This document shows, piece after piece, positions 50,976 through 60,923 of a stretch of DNA of 64,000 nt. Each line of letters opens with the position of its first letter. Position 1 is the stretch's first letter. The notes under the pieces were generated by a model. That model was not told the origin of the DNA and searched no databases. It saw only the letters and a list, made by a program, of their open reading frames with translations. This DNA is from a virus: IMG/VR virus record IMGVR_UViG_3300028559_000025, positions 12,728 to 76,727 of that record. The stretch is one strand, 5' to 3'. Position numbers and translations under genes: made by a program.

Positions 50976-51209
50976 TTAAACGTATTCGCCATCCCATACT
51001 ATTTCCCAAGATGTTGTATTGTATAGTCCTGCATCTACAGAAGCAGATTCTTCATTATATAAGCCACCATCAATGTATGGCACTGGAGGTGGGAAGTATG
51101 TATCATCATATACAGTAATAGTTGGGATCTTGTTTCTTAATGTTATTGTTTCTCTACCAAGGTAAATATTGGCTTTAGGGTTTTTTTGACGAACCAATAT
51201 TTGTGGCAC
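50976..51209 (-). CDS. Hypothetical virion-like protein
   Basis: IDGG.Y and DAG.Y repeats, WDG end; coupled to the upstream gene. Confidence 0.45.
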   Translation of the reverse strand: MPQILVRQKNPKANIYLGRETITLRNKIPTITVYDDTYFPPPVPYIDGGLYNEESASVDAGLYNTTSWEIVWDGEYV

Positions 51210-51562
51210 TATGATGCTCCAGTTATATCGTTCACTACTGTCATAATTCCAGTCAATACTGTATATATAGTGTCTGGATCTGGGGTTGTGTCTGTGATTT
51301 GAACATCATAAAAATATGATCCTGCAGCCAGTCCTCTGCCAACTGTAGATGTAATTGTACATCTCACGGTAGATGGCAAAACCTTTGTAGCAAGAGCTGT
51401 AGTCTTAGTACCCCCAGAACCTCTCTGAGTTCCGATGGTAAAGGCTACTGTTTCATATAGGGATATATCAAAATTACTGCCATCTTGGTTCTTCAAAACA
51501 ACATCAAATTCGTATGTATCACCACGGTAGTAGCTAAAGTCATGGTTTCCTGGAAATGGCAT
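51209..51562 (-). CDS. BppU-like/virion structural beta protein
   Basis: YYRGDT.EF...G.Y.YDVQI...TVL.G...V..DIT. Confidence 0.55.
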   Translation of the reverse strand: MPFPGNHDFSYYRGDTYEFDVVLKNQDGSNFDISLYETVAFTIGTQRGSGGTKTTALATKVLPSTVRCTITSTVGRGLAAGSYFYDVQITDTTPDPDTIYTVLTGIMTVVNDITGAS

Positions 51563-51633
51563 ATGTCCCCCTTTTGTTTAACTGATTATATCACGGTTTA
51601 AAGTTCGGCGAAAAATAGAGGTCATAAACATTA

Positions 51634-51867
51634 CTACGCCCTATGAGGGCGATATTGGTTAATAGCCTGATTCGCCATCTTATTAGCATCATCTTCAGTA
51701 TGAGCATACCCGTATGTGAGAAGGTTTAACCCATTGTAGAGTTCCCACTTCCAGGGAATTGGATCTATCCTGAAGTTTGTTTGAAGCCTCTTAGGGCTTC
51801 TTCCTCCATTCTTGCCTTTCTTAAATGGTGATACATACTCCTCAATTACTATCTTCAAGATGAACAC
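51634..51867 (-). CDS. Hypothetical protein (paralog of 50673-50864)
   Basis: See the paralog; shared motif. Confidence 0.5.
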   Translation of the reverse strand: MFILKIVIEEYVSPFKKGKNGGRSPKRLQTNFRIDPIPWKWELYNGLNLLTYGYAHTEDDANKMANQAINQYRPHRA

Positions 51868-52834
51868 TTCACATGCTTTGTCTGCTTATTCTTCTTGTTC
51901 CAAAGTATCTGATTGCCAACCAAGATCCTATCATTACAGACAGAGCAGGTGGTAATATACTGGCTTACAATCTTAACCCACTTAGCACCTTTGACAGGGG
52001 CATTATTGTTTTCTTTCTTTGCTTTCCTAAGTGCCTTTAGCCTAGATGGGGTCAGGATGTTGCCATCTTTGTCATATCTGACAGTGCTGAAAGAATTGTT
52101 CTTTGTTCTAACATTTTTAATCATGACTATCCTTAATAGTTTCTGTGTTTCCAGTTTAGCAGGGTATAGACAAAATGACCATACCAAGTCTTACTACATA
52201 TCTTAATACCTTCTCCCCCATAATGATCCATCATGAATAGGATAAGTCTGGTTTTGTCGTTTGTCCTGATAAATTTACCACAGTCAATGCAGGACTCAAA
52301 GATATATTTGGGTAAAGGTTTGTCAAAGTTCACATCATTCATATACCAAGCATAGCAGATTTTGGACGGTATGTAAAGCTAAGAACACTTAGGACAAACC
52401 CTAGTAGGATACTTAATCCCATAAGGTACTTGATACATAGATCCACAGTTAAAGCATAGGACATTTAGCATTACTTACAAGCCAGACAGTAAAAGGGTGT
52501 TCTGAGGTTGTCTATATGAGTGTATATGGTTTGAGCACAGTTATGACATTTAATATTAATCATATCTGGGCTTGAAGTAATCATTGAGATTTTAAGGCTA
52601 TTTGTGTAGTATACCTTAGTGACATACCATGTGATTAATATTAGGCTTAGTGTTATCATATATCAATTGTAGCATATGGCTAGCTGTAGCATATACCTAG
52701 TCTTTAAAAGACTCGTAGATACCCATAGCAATCAATATTCCAGAGAAAGCTAGCATGCCGTATATCCAGTAAATGATGATGTCCATAGAGTGATTATACC
52801 TGGTTTAAATAGGTTTTATATGTCCGATTTGGGT

Positions 52835-53650
52835 GGTTTGATAGGGTTTGATAGGATAATAAATCTTACTGATATTTTTTAGATGTGGGTTTCGTGGAGG
52901 AAAGTGGAGTAAAGTGGGGGATTGAGCACTTAGACAGATGGCGTCGTAATGTCCAGGACGTTTTAAAGCCTGCTCCCAAACCTCCAAACCTTATATATCC
53001 CCTGGATTATACCGCCAAACCTTCCTTTTGTCAAACCTTACATGCTTATTTCCAAACCTTTATAGCTTAAAAACCATATAAAAAACATAGACAAAATGAG
53101 CAAATTTGTCCAATAATATATATAAAGGTTTGATAAATATTTAAAAATCAGGAGAAAAGGTTTGATATCGTAATGTTTTATATAGAGAGGTTTTGTGTAG
53201 TGGTTTGTCTATCTCCCCCGCCAAAAAGCGGGGACGCCAAAGGCGTGATCGTAATGTCTAATAGGATTATTTAGCGGCCTTGCGACGGGACTTATAAAGA
53301 ATACAGAACTATACCTATAATAGCTAATGTAATAACAAACCCTGACACTATAAAGTAAAAGAAACCTTTATCTAGTTTGTAAGGTTTGATATCAGAATGC
53401 CTGGTAAAACCATCATTAATAAAATATGGTCCTCCATGCTTTGAGAAATAGTTTCTGCCCATATAAAGATTATAACATGGTTTTATGGTTTGACAAATAA
53501 GGTTTGATAGTATAAAATGGGAGGTTTTTTAGAGCCTTCGTAATGTCCTCAAATAGGAGAAAAATTTTGAGATCTCGTAATCCCAAAAAATGGGAAAAAT
53601 TTGGACATATCGTAATAAGGTTTGAAGAAATGGTTTGAATGCTCGGCCCC
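52835..53650. repeat. Non-coding tract with interspersed GGTTTGA/CAAACCT and TCGTAAT repeats
   Basis: 9 GGTTTGA, 5 CAAACCT and 6 TCGTAAT copies; no credible ORFs. Confidence 0.75.
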
Positions 53651-53663
53651 ACCACCGCAGTGG

Positions 53664-53924
53664 CTAAGGGTTTAAAATTAAATAAACAATACTCTGTGAG
53701 CTTTTGAATCCTGTATCTTCTACACCAGCCACACGAAGCAAACCTTTAAATGCTTGCTCTATACTTTCTTGTGCTAGTGGAGTGGATTCTACTATCCCCT
53801 CAAAAATACAATGGGCTAGTGGAAATCCAACATCAAACATATCAAATAAATCTTCAAGTTCTGGAATGCGTTCTATCCATACCTCATTAAGGATTTCTAT
53901 TTTCTTAGCGTATTCTGTAGTCAT
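53664..53924 (-). CDS. Hypothetical protein (paralog of 41112-41414)
   Basis: Shared motif with 41112-41414. Confidence 0.55.
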   Translation of the reverse strand: MTTEYAKKIEILNEVWIERIPELEDLFDMFDVGFPLAHCIFEGIVESTPLAQESIEQAFKGLLRVAGVEDTGFKSSQSIVYLILNP

Positions 53925-54108
53925 GGTGTTGATCTTCCTTTTCTGCTTCTGCTGAGTCCGTTAGTGTGATTAAGCGATTGTAAATTACATTAGGTGATAA
54001 TCGTACCAGATAAACACCAATCATGTCAAGGTCAAGGCGAAGGTCTGCCAAGATATTGCATAATTGTATTGCTACCTTTTCTTCCTTCGTTACCAGTTTT
54101 TTTCTCAT
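53905..54108 (-). CDS. Hypothetical protein
   Basis: AAGGAG RBS; T.EEK.A..L.....DLRLDLD..G.Y. Confidence 0.55.
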   Translation of the reverse strand: MRKKLVTKEEKVAIQLCNILADLRLDLDMIGVYLVRLSPNVIYNRLITLTDSAEAEKEDQHHDYRIR

Positions 54109-54132
54109 GATTCTCCTTACCTACATTGTACC

Positions 54133-54177
54133 AAAAAGAGGAGAGGGGCGCAACCCACCACTAATTGCGCCTCCTCT
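54133..54177 (-). terminator. Probable rho-independent terminator
   Basis: GC-rich hairpin (AGAGG.GGCGCAA/TTGCGCCCCTCT) followed by a T run on the minus strand, just after the 54190 stop. Confidence 0.55.
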
Positions 54178-54189
54178 AATGTAGCCTGA

Positions 54190-54576
54190 TTATATGGCTA
54201 CGTGCTCAGCGGAAACCTTTGGCAGGTATGCTTCAATGAATAACTGCCAGTCTAATACATTGCCCTGGTTATCAATGATAGTTTCTTTAGAGATATCAAT
54301 GACTACCGTCGTATCTCCTAGATCTTCGTTAAGATTATTAATAGCATAAATACCAAACCCTGTCTCACTAAATACGGAGTCTTGAATTAAATAACTAATA
54401 ACCATACGAGTAAAGTAACTAGCATCACTCCACCTAGGTTTAGCATGTAGCAGCGCCATTGCTAGGTCCCGCTGCCATTCTGTCTCACCCCAGTGGCTAT
54501 ATAGGACAACATGTGCAGTGGGCTCACCAATTGCTGCCTCTACATCTTTAAATACATAGCAAATTCTTGCTCCCAT
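54190..54576 (-). CDS. Conserved phage hypothetical protein
   Basis: MGAR, LYSHWG, RW.D.SY..R and TGFGI motifs. Confidence 0.6.
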   Translation of the reverse strand: MGARICYVFKDVEAAIGEPTAHVVLYSHWGETEWQRDLAMALLHAKPRWSDASYFTRMVISYLIQDSVFSETGFGIYAINNLNEDLGDTTVVIDISKETIIDNQGNVLDWQLFIEAYLPKVSAEHVAI

Positions 54577-55011
54577 TATTCTTGCTCCTCTAGATCTGTA
54601 ATTAGTTTGGCAATGATGTTATGTGCTTGAATGTTTTCTGTCTCTGACCCACCCCACAAAAGTTTTTGGGCCAGATCTAGTTGACCATTAAGATAGATAT
54701 CAGTTACCATTAGTCTTCATCCTCTTCTAGTAAATCAACAGGGTCTAAAATATAACCTTTTTCTAACATCCATTCTAATACATCATCATGGTGTTGCTCT
54801 GCTCCATACTCTAGAGAGAAGCCCTTGCCTGCCTCTACAGACTCGCAGAGACCATTCCATACAGTATCAAGGTTGACGTCTGCATGGTAAGACTCATCAT
54901 CTAGTATATCTACAATAACATTCCATGTCCATAGCCATACCATGGGCAGGCCTAGACTTGTTGTCTGCAGTATCTCTAGACACTTGTGTAGTTTATCTCT
55001 ATCTTCCGTTT

Positions 55012-55647
55012 TCATTTTACCTCTACTTTCGGTGGTAGTCCCATTAACTCTAACACAGGCCACTGACATTTAGGGCACACATATTCTTCATGCTCCTCCA
55101 TGTATAACTCATCAGGATCTCCTGCATGGTAGTGGTCACATTCTTGGCATTTCCAGTTATATTCCATGCCGTCAAGTTTTTCACCTTTGAGGTACTCATG
55201 CTCTCCACCCCAACCAGTCTCTTCCTCATATGACAAAGTAAATAATAAATCAGGGTACTGAGCAGACAGTTCAGCAAGAGCCTCATCTGGAATTCCCCAA
55301 GGGGATTCAAAGTTATACTGAATTACATAGTTCTCACCATTGACTTGCTCTCCACCAATGTAAACACTACTTGCATCCCATTTAACTCCCCAATTAGTAA
55401 TGTTCCATGTATACCAATCGTTGCCATTTGTAGATTCTGATTTCTGCAAAGGGTATGTGTCTAGATCAGTTGGAGCAATTATGTTCCAATATGAGAAGAT
55501 AGGACTATCATTAGTTTGTATGCTTACTTCATTAGTCTGCCACTCATCTATTGGCACAGAGATAGGCTTACCTACCTGCTCCTTTAACTTAAGGACAGAT
55601 GACTCAGATCCTTCTACAGTTAATCCGTTATAAACCCAATTTGGCAT
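55012..55647 (-). CDS. DUF1281/YubB ferredoxin-like domain protein
   Basis: MPNW..N.L.V.G, WY.W...NWG.KWD and F.SPW..P motifs. Confidence 0.75.
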   Translation of the reverse strand: MPNWVYNGLTVEGSESSVLKLKEQVGKPISVPIDEWQTNEVSIQTNDSPIFSYWNIIAPTDLDTYPLQKSESTNGNDWYTWNITNWGVKWDASSVYIGGEQVNGENYVIQYNFESPWGIPDEALAELSAQYPDLLFTLSYEEETGWGGEHEYLKGEKLDGMEYNWKCQECDHYHAGDPDELYMEEHEEYVCPKCQWPVLELMGLPPKVEVK

Positions 55648-56870
55648 GGTGGTCTCTTTCTATTTGTTGGCGGTCTATAGATAAATTATACGTCATAACG
55701 TATAGGTCTGTCAAGCAGTCTTTATATCCCTCTCCCCACTGCTTATCCTCAAACTCTTTATATTGCATTTCATTCATCATATTTTTAAGTTCACCGTGCA
55801 TGATATCAATTAGTGGTATGGAGATATCTTCTAATGCTTTAGTTAAATGTTCGGGTAGGAAAGGATACTTAGCGCTCATTTATATACTCCAATAGGTGAT
55901 CACAGGTAGCAATGGCTCCTTCATAGTAAGCGTCTGACTCATAGTACTCGTCATCACTAATAGGAATATCATTGTTAGCGTCCTCAACGTCTTGCTCCAA
56001 GGAGATTTTGTGAATTTTTATATACTCTCGTAATGTGTCTATGTTCATTTTAATCCATAAAATATTTTGCATGCTTCGCAGTAGCAGTCGTTGTGACTCC
56101 ATATTTCCTTTAATTCGTCACAATATGGGTCATCGTATTCGCTTATGTGCTTTAGTTTTGATATGTCCATAGTATTAAGTATAGTGGCTTTCGCCAATAA
56201 TATCAAGGTGTGGCTCTGTGAGTTGTGTCACATCATATCTGTTTATCCTAATAATGTGAGGCTGTTCACAGATACAGTTAGGCTGAATCACCAGGGAATT
56301 ACTAGTTGTGATTTCAAACAGGGTATCACAATTAGTACATATATACTCATGCTTAGTCCACATACTATTTCTCACATTCACATTCACATTTATAGTTAGG
56401 GTCTTGGATGGGTATTCTACAAAAAGGATGAGACTTCATTAGTCAAAGTACCCTTCTGCCCAAAGCCCTTGTAAGAATTCACTTGCCATGTACAATCTTG
56501 AGTGTAGCCAAGGGTCATCGTCAGGATTCACGGTAGTTATAGCAGAGTCAATAGCATTAGTCATCTCATCTAAATCTTCTTTAGTATATCCTAACATTAC
56601 TCTCCCCAATACTTTACAATAGTTTCCATAGTGATATGTAGGTGGCAGTCACAGGGTTCTCCACCCATGTTCTCCTCAAATTCAAAGTGCGATAGGTTGT
56701 CCTCATAGATTTCTTCTACTAGTTCGTGTATTGTGTATGGTTTGTATGTTGTAGTCATATATTTATTGTACAGGATTCTGCAAAAAAAAGCAAGTCCTCT
56801 TAATACAATTTTCTGAGAATATTTATACTAGTTCTTAAATGTCCAATTTGTACCATTTTGCCTCGGGGCC

Positions 56871-57008
56871 TCTACAATAGGAGGACAAAAGGTCTCTGGA
56901 GCTAATTTTTATTTACATTTAATTAAACAAGGTTTGCCAGATGGCTATCAGACATTATGTGCTAATTGCAATAATATTAAACAATGGGATCGTGTAAAGC
57001 GGTTCTAA
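56871..57008 (+). pseudogene. C-terminal remnant of an HNH endonuclease
   Basis: Translates as ...FYLHLIKQGLPDGYQTLCANCNNIK...; no start codon before the in-frame stop at 56829. Confidence 0.6.
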
Positions 57009-57071
57009 CGAGAATTGAACTCGTGCTTCGGCAGTGACAGTGCCGTGTCCTAACCACTGGACCATAGAACC
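57000..57071 (-). tRNA. tRNA-Asp(GUC)
   Basis: Acceptor GGTTCTA/TAGAACC, anticodon arm CGGCA-CTGTCAC-TGCCG, T-loop TTCAATT. Confidence 0.9.
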
Positions 57072-57074
57072 TAA

Positions 57075-57103
57075 TGAGCAGTTTTAAATCATGCTCAGGA
57101 TTT
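57075..57103 (-). ncRNA. 29-nt pseudoknot repeat, copy 1
   Basis: AAATC-CTGAGCAT-GATTT-AAAAC-TGCTCA. Confidence 0.7.
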
Positions 57104-57137
57104 TTGCGAACGTTTCTGAAGTCGCAATTTTATTGTA

Positions 57138-58154
57138 TCATGCTAGTTGCATGACACCCTGCACAACTTTTAGTAAGCGATTTTTTTCTGCGTTGATTAC
57201 AGGGTCAAATCCGCTTGCGCTTGCAAGAATAGATTCGTTAGAACCACCTCTTGCAGAACGATACCAGTCAAGGCGTTCAGTAAGTGCATTAAACGCACCC
57301 CACGCATTACCAGCGATCATTCCGTTAAACTCACCAGTGTAAATGTCGTTAATAACATCTACCTTGTTTTCCCATTTCTTGATTGCGCCCTTAGAATCTT
57401 TCTCTGGCTTAGGATAAGCAGCGAGAATGATATCGTTGAATTGTTGAGCAGATACTTCTGCCTGAATCATAGCGTTAGCCATGAGATCAAATGAGTCCAT
57501 GTACTTATGAGCAAGCCCAAGAGTCTCACGTGCAACCTGAATTTTACCTTGTGCAGTTTGTGTGTGACGAATCTTGAAAGATTGCTTCACGCCACCCTTG
57601 CGCTTAGTGGTGTTAAGTGCAAGATTGAGAGTGTTAGCGCACACAACACGAACGGGTGTAATGCTTGCTTGAATAGCGATTGAGCCATCGTGTGATGTGT
57701 TGATGAGCAAATAAGTCTTTACCTTATCTGCAACACCGCTAGGGTCTAGGATAGTTTCACGCTCTAGTGCTAACGCACCGAATACGACACGACCACCCTT
57801 GATTGAGCCAGCAGTTTCCCAACGACCACCGCCGTCTAGGATATTATCACCAAATGAAAATAAATCTTCATTCTGCATAACATGATAACGCTCACCTACA
57901 ACGCCAAGAATATCAGTTTGTGTGTTATCAGTGGGATTGGTACGCAATACATACTGATAATTTTTATCGCTTGTTAAGTGTGATGGGGTTTCCAAATCCT
58001 CTAAGCGAACATTCCAGTTAGAAAGGTTAGCAAGATCTAACATTTCTGCGGTGGTTTTTTCCTCAGTGAATACGGTACCCAATCCATGCCAAGCAGGTTC
58101 ACGAAATGACGCAAAAGATGCAACGCCGTTTTGTGTTTCTAGTTCATGTGCCAT
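57138..58154 (-). CDS. DUF932/DUF945 phage-plasmid family protein
   Basis: PAWHGLG, ETAGS..GG, NTSHDGS, TPVRVVCANTL and W.AFNALTE motifs. Confidence 0.85.
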   Translation of the reverse strand: MAHELETQNGVASFASFREPAWHGLGTVFTEEKTTAEMLDLANLSNWNVRLEDLETPSHLTSDKNYQYVLRTNPTDNTQTDILGVVGERYHVMQNEDLFSFGDNILDGGGRWETAGSIKGGRVVFGALALERETILDPSGVADKVKTYLLINTSHDGSIAIQASITPVRVVCANTLNLALNTTKRKGGVKQSFKIRHTQTAQGKIQVARETLGLAHKYMDSFDLMANAMIQAEVSAQQFNDIILAAYPKPEKDSKGAIKKWENKVDVINDIYTGEFNGMIAGNAWGAFNALTERLDWYRSARGGSNESILASASGFDPVINAEKNRLLKVVQGVMQLA

Positions 58155-58186
58155 GAGTTTTCTCCTTTTTGTTTGTTGTTAATATA

Positions 58187-58209
58187 ATCATACACTAGGC
58201 CACTAACAA
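58187..58209 (-). promoter_or_regulatory. WTGTCA-N11-(-10) promoter
   Basis: TTGTTA-GTGGCCTAGTG-TATGAT. Confidence 0.55.
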
Positions 58210-58274
58210 ATGCAAATCAGGCTAGTTAGATATGGGATAAATCGGACATTTTTTTAATGTTTCGTAAAGACACG

Positions 58275-58290
58275 TGTGATATTGGTCACA
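58275..58290. promoter_or_regulatory. CRP/GlxR-like palindrome
   Basis: TGTGA-TATTGG-TCACA, perfect consensus. Confidence 0.65.
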
Positions 58291-58324
58291 TGGGGCCCGA
58301 GGCCCAAATTTTGCGGGAGCTGAA

Positions 58325-58353
58325 TGAGCAGTTTATAGACATACTCAGGTCTA
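58325..58353 (-). ncRNA. 29-nt pseudoknot repeat, copy 2
   Basis: TAGAC-CTGAGTAT-GTCTA-TAAAC-TGCTCA. Confidence 0.7.
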
Positions 58354-58367
58354 TTAGTAGCCCCCTA

Positions 58368-58784
58368 CTAAATATCTATTCTGTCAACACTGGATGACAA
58401 ATAAGTTACGCCTTGAGGCTCTGATACTGAATCAAAATCAATATCATGAATTAAGTTCTGCGCTTCTTCTTCATTAAGTGCATTAACTGTAATTGAATAA
58501 AGAACTGTAACTTCTAGTTCAAATTCTTTTGTTAGTTCAAATCCCATGATTTCTGCAATTGCTTCTGCATGCTCTTGTGCAAGCGAAAGGTTTTCCAATT
58601 CGCTAAGAGTCCACTCTTTCATTGCCTCAACCATGCGGTTACGTTCTGCAGATTCTGCATATGAGCCCTGCTTTACTTTTTGGATGTGCTCTTCAAGTTG
58701 TTGAATGCGTTCTTTATTTTGTACAAGAGTAGTTTCTAAAAACTCTCGTGTCATGTAGTGATTATCTATTACTGGCTGGTCCAT
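58368..58784 (-). CDS. Hypothetical protein
   Basis: 138 aa, coiled-coil N-terminus, RBS present. Confidence 0.6.
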   Translation of the reverse strand: MDQPVIDNHYMTREFLETTLVQNKERIQQLEEHIQKVKQGSYAESAERNRMVEAMKEWTLSELENLSLAQEHAEAIAEIMGFELTKEFELEVTVLYSITVNALNEEEAQNLIHDIDFDSVSEPQGVTYLSSSVDRIDI

Positions 58785-58811
58785 GGGGTCTCTTTCTATT
58801 AGTTGTGTGGT

Positions 58812-58840
58812 TGAGCAGTTTTGCGACTTACTCAGGTCGT
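58812..58840 (-). ncRNA. 29-nt pseudoknot repeat, copy 3
   Basis: ACGAC-CTGAGTAA-GTCGC-AAAAC-TGCTCA. Confidence 0.7.
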
Positions 58841-58873
58841 TTGGGTTCAGGACTTTAAGTTGCCCCCCAAGTT

Positions 58874-59296
58874 TTAGAGGTAGCGAGCCACCGCTTGATA
58901 GGTTGATGTGGAAACTGTTTCCTCATCTGTCATCTTTAGAATACGGATAGCATTTGACATTTCCTCTTTTTGTTCACGATAAGTGTGCTGATGGATAACC
59001 TCAAAATCCTTTTCAGGTTCTGATGGGAAAGTTCCTTCTTTTGTGATTATGTCAAAATCAACATTGAGTGTGTTGCTCCAAGAACGATAGTTTGTGCGAA
59101 GGTTCTCAGCCTTTGAGAAGTTGGCAATAGCCCACTCACCAATTTGCTTTTTCCAAGCCTCATAAGCAAGTGTGTGTTGTGCTTCTTTTGCTGATTGTGT
59201 TGCGTAGTCTGACTCTAACTTAGCGAGTGCAGTTTCAAGTGCGTTAATTACTTTTGGTGTTGCGATTTTTACTGAGATTGCTTTCTGTCGTGCCAT
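58874..59296 (-). CDS. Hypothetical protein
   Basis: 140 aa, AAGGA RBS, own promoter. Confidence 0.6.
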   Translation of the reverse strand: MARQKAISVKIATPKVINALETALAKLESDYATQSAKEAQHTLAYEAWKKQIGEWAIANFSKAENLRTNYRSWSNTLNVDFDIITKEGTFPSEPEKDFEVIHQHTYREQKEEMSNAIRILKMTDEETVSTSTYQAVARYL

Positions 59297-59326
59297 AGTG
59301 TTTTTCCTTTTCTGTGGGTTATTTAT

Positions 59327-59349
59327 ATTATAGGGGGTGGGTCTGACAT
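59327..59349 (-). promoter_or_regulatory. WTGTCA-N11-(-10) promoter
   Basis: ATGTCA-GACCCACCCCC-TATAAT. Confidence 0.65.
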
Positions 59350-59354
59350 TAAGT

Positions 59355-59383
59355 TGAGCCTTTTTATATCATGCTCAGGATAT
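59355..59383 (-). ncRNA. 29-nt pseudoknot repeat, copy 4
   Basis: ATATC-CTGAGCAT-GATAT-AAAAA-GGCTCA. Confidence 0.65.
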
Positions 59384-59395
59384 TGGATTAACTAA

Positions 59396-59563
59396 TTATG
59401 AATTAGCCTTCCAAGTTGTCCAGCGTGTCATGCCGTCTACATCTAACTTAACACGCACTGTGTCATTTGCAGTTGGTGAGATTTCCAAGATTGTTCCTGT
59501 TACCTTTGACTTCTGTGAAGTGTAGAGGTCGCCCACCTTGTATGTTGCTGTTGCTACTGTCAT
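59396..59563 (-). CDS. Small SH3-like beta protein (not in the ORF track)
   Basis: MTVATATYKVGDLYTSQKSKVTGTILEI...RWTT; AAGGAG RBS. Confidence 0.6.
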   Translation of the reverse strand: MTVATATYKVGDLYTSQKSKVTGTILEISPTANDTVRVKLDVDGMTRWTTWKANS

Positions 59564-59659
59564 TTGTTTCTCCTTTGTAGTTGGTCTTGCTTATATCTAA
59601 GTGTAGCAAAAAATCTAAGAAATATCAAATCCATTTCCTAAAAATCTCACTATTTGGAA

Positions 59660-59675
59660 TGTGATCTATATCACA
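59660..59675. promoter_or_regulatory. CRP/GlxR-like palindrome
   Basis: TGTGA-TCTATA-TCACA. Confidence 0.65.
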
Positions 59676-59744
59676 CTATTGACTCATCATGAACAATAGT
59701 AGTCCTATTAGGGATAGTAGAACGAATGTATCCATTTAGCCCCC

Positions 59745-60467
59745 TCATTTTTTGGTTGCACTAAACACTATATCAGATTTCTCATAAATACACAATTTGC
59801 AGGTAGCACACGCAGACCCTGCCTGTGAGATAAGTGGAATAGCCTTTTTATTCTCAGGGCACTTCGCACCTACCTTGCCAGTTAACTCTTTCATATCCGC
59901 TTGCCCCAGTGCAAAGTTTTTTGCAAGGTATGCAAGGGAGATCCCATTGTTAACCTTGAGGTCAATACCAATAGCCTTGTTCTCGCTATCTGTGGAATAA
60001 TATAAAGATAGATTATCAATACCGTTTAGCATTAGGGCGGCAGACTTAACACGTGTGTATACCCAGAATTGAATGTCTGGTTGTTCTTCAATTACTAGTT
60101 TCCATGCCTGCGTGTATTCATCATTAAAGAAGTCTCCGTCCCAGTGAATACGGAATAACATCTTAGCATTGCGCTTAACACAATCTGTCTTAAACTCTGC
60201 AATCATTTCTGAGATCAAAGAATACATTTCTTGCATGTCTGCATTGCGTAGTAGTTCCCAGTTATGCAATAGGTTTTTCTTTACTGTAGGGAAGACCTTT
60301 TCTAATTTGCCTGCATAGCACACTGTTTCACACACACTGGTAGCGCCAGGACATGAATATGCTTTTCCTGCAGGTAATCCAAAAGTGTTAGCAATACTTG
60401 CTTGCTTACCATTAGGTGTAACGGCATTAGCCACTTTTCTATCTTTTGATCTAAGTAATTTGGTCAT
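59745..60467 (-). CDS. Gp88-like (mycobacteriophage gene 88 family) Fe-S protein
   Basis: CPGAT..C...CYA, FRIH..GDF and W.YTR motifs. Start placed at the ATG at 60467. Confidence 0.75.
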   Translation of the reverse strand: MTKLLRSKDRKVANAVTPNGKQASIANTFGLPAGKAYSCPGATSVCETVCYAGKLEKVFPTVKKNLLHNWELLRNADMQEMYSLISEMIAEFKTDCVKRNAKMLFRIHWDGDFFNDEYTQAWKLVIEEQPDIQFWVYTRVKSAALMLNGIDNLSLYYSTDSENKAIGIDLKVNNGISLAYLAKNFALGQADMKELTGKVGAKCPENKKAIPLISQAGSACATCKLCIYEKSDIVFSATKK

Positions 60468-60472
60468 GGGGG

Positions 60473-60619
60473 TTACTCGCTTTCTTTCTTTAATTTTAGC
60501 AGGTAGGACTGACATTTCTTTCTGTCATATTTCTTTTTATTGGGGATAGCTGAGGCAGCATTAGATCTACGTAACTCCATAAGGATACGTAACTGTTCAG
60601 GGGTTTTTTTCTGTCTCAT
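60473..60619 (-). CDS. Small basic protein, leaderless (not in the ORF track)
   Basis: MRQKKTPEQLRILMELRRSNAA...; TTGATA-17-TAAGAT promoter with the ATG 6 nt downstream. Confidence 0.55.
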   Translation of the reverse strand: MRQKKTPEQLRILMELRRSNAASAIPNKKKYDRKKCQSYLLKLKKESE

Positions 60620-60923
60620 GTAATAATCTTACCAGATATGGGGAAAAATATCAAATCTCGTAAATGTGATGTAGATCACTTGGGGACTCGGGCCCCACTA
60701 GTCTAGATAAACGTACCAATCAACTTCTTCATCAAAATCAAAATCAACTGTTGTTGTTTCACCAAAGTCGTTGCTTACTTGAACACTGTATATGTCTCCA
60801 GTAGAATCAACATCAATTGAAATTACTTCAACAATATCATCATCAAAAGAAATTAGATCACCAATCTCTAGTGCATCTGCTGTTAGTACATCAGCTTTTA
60901 TTAGTTCCATGACATTTATTGTA

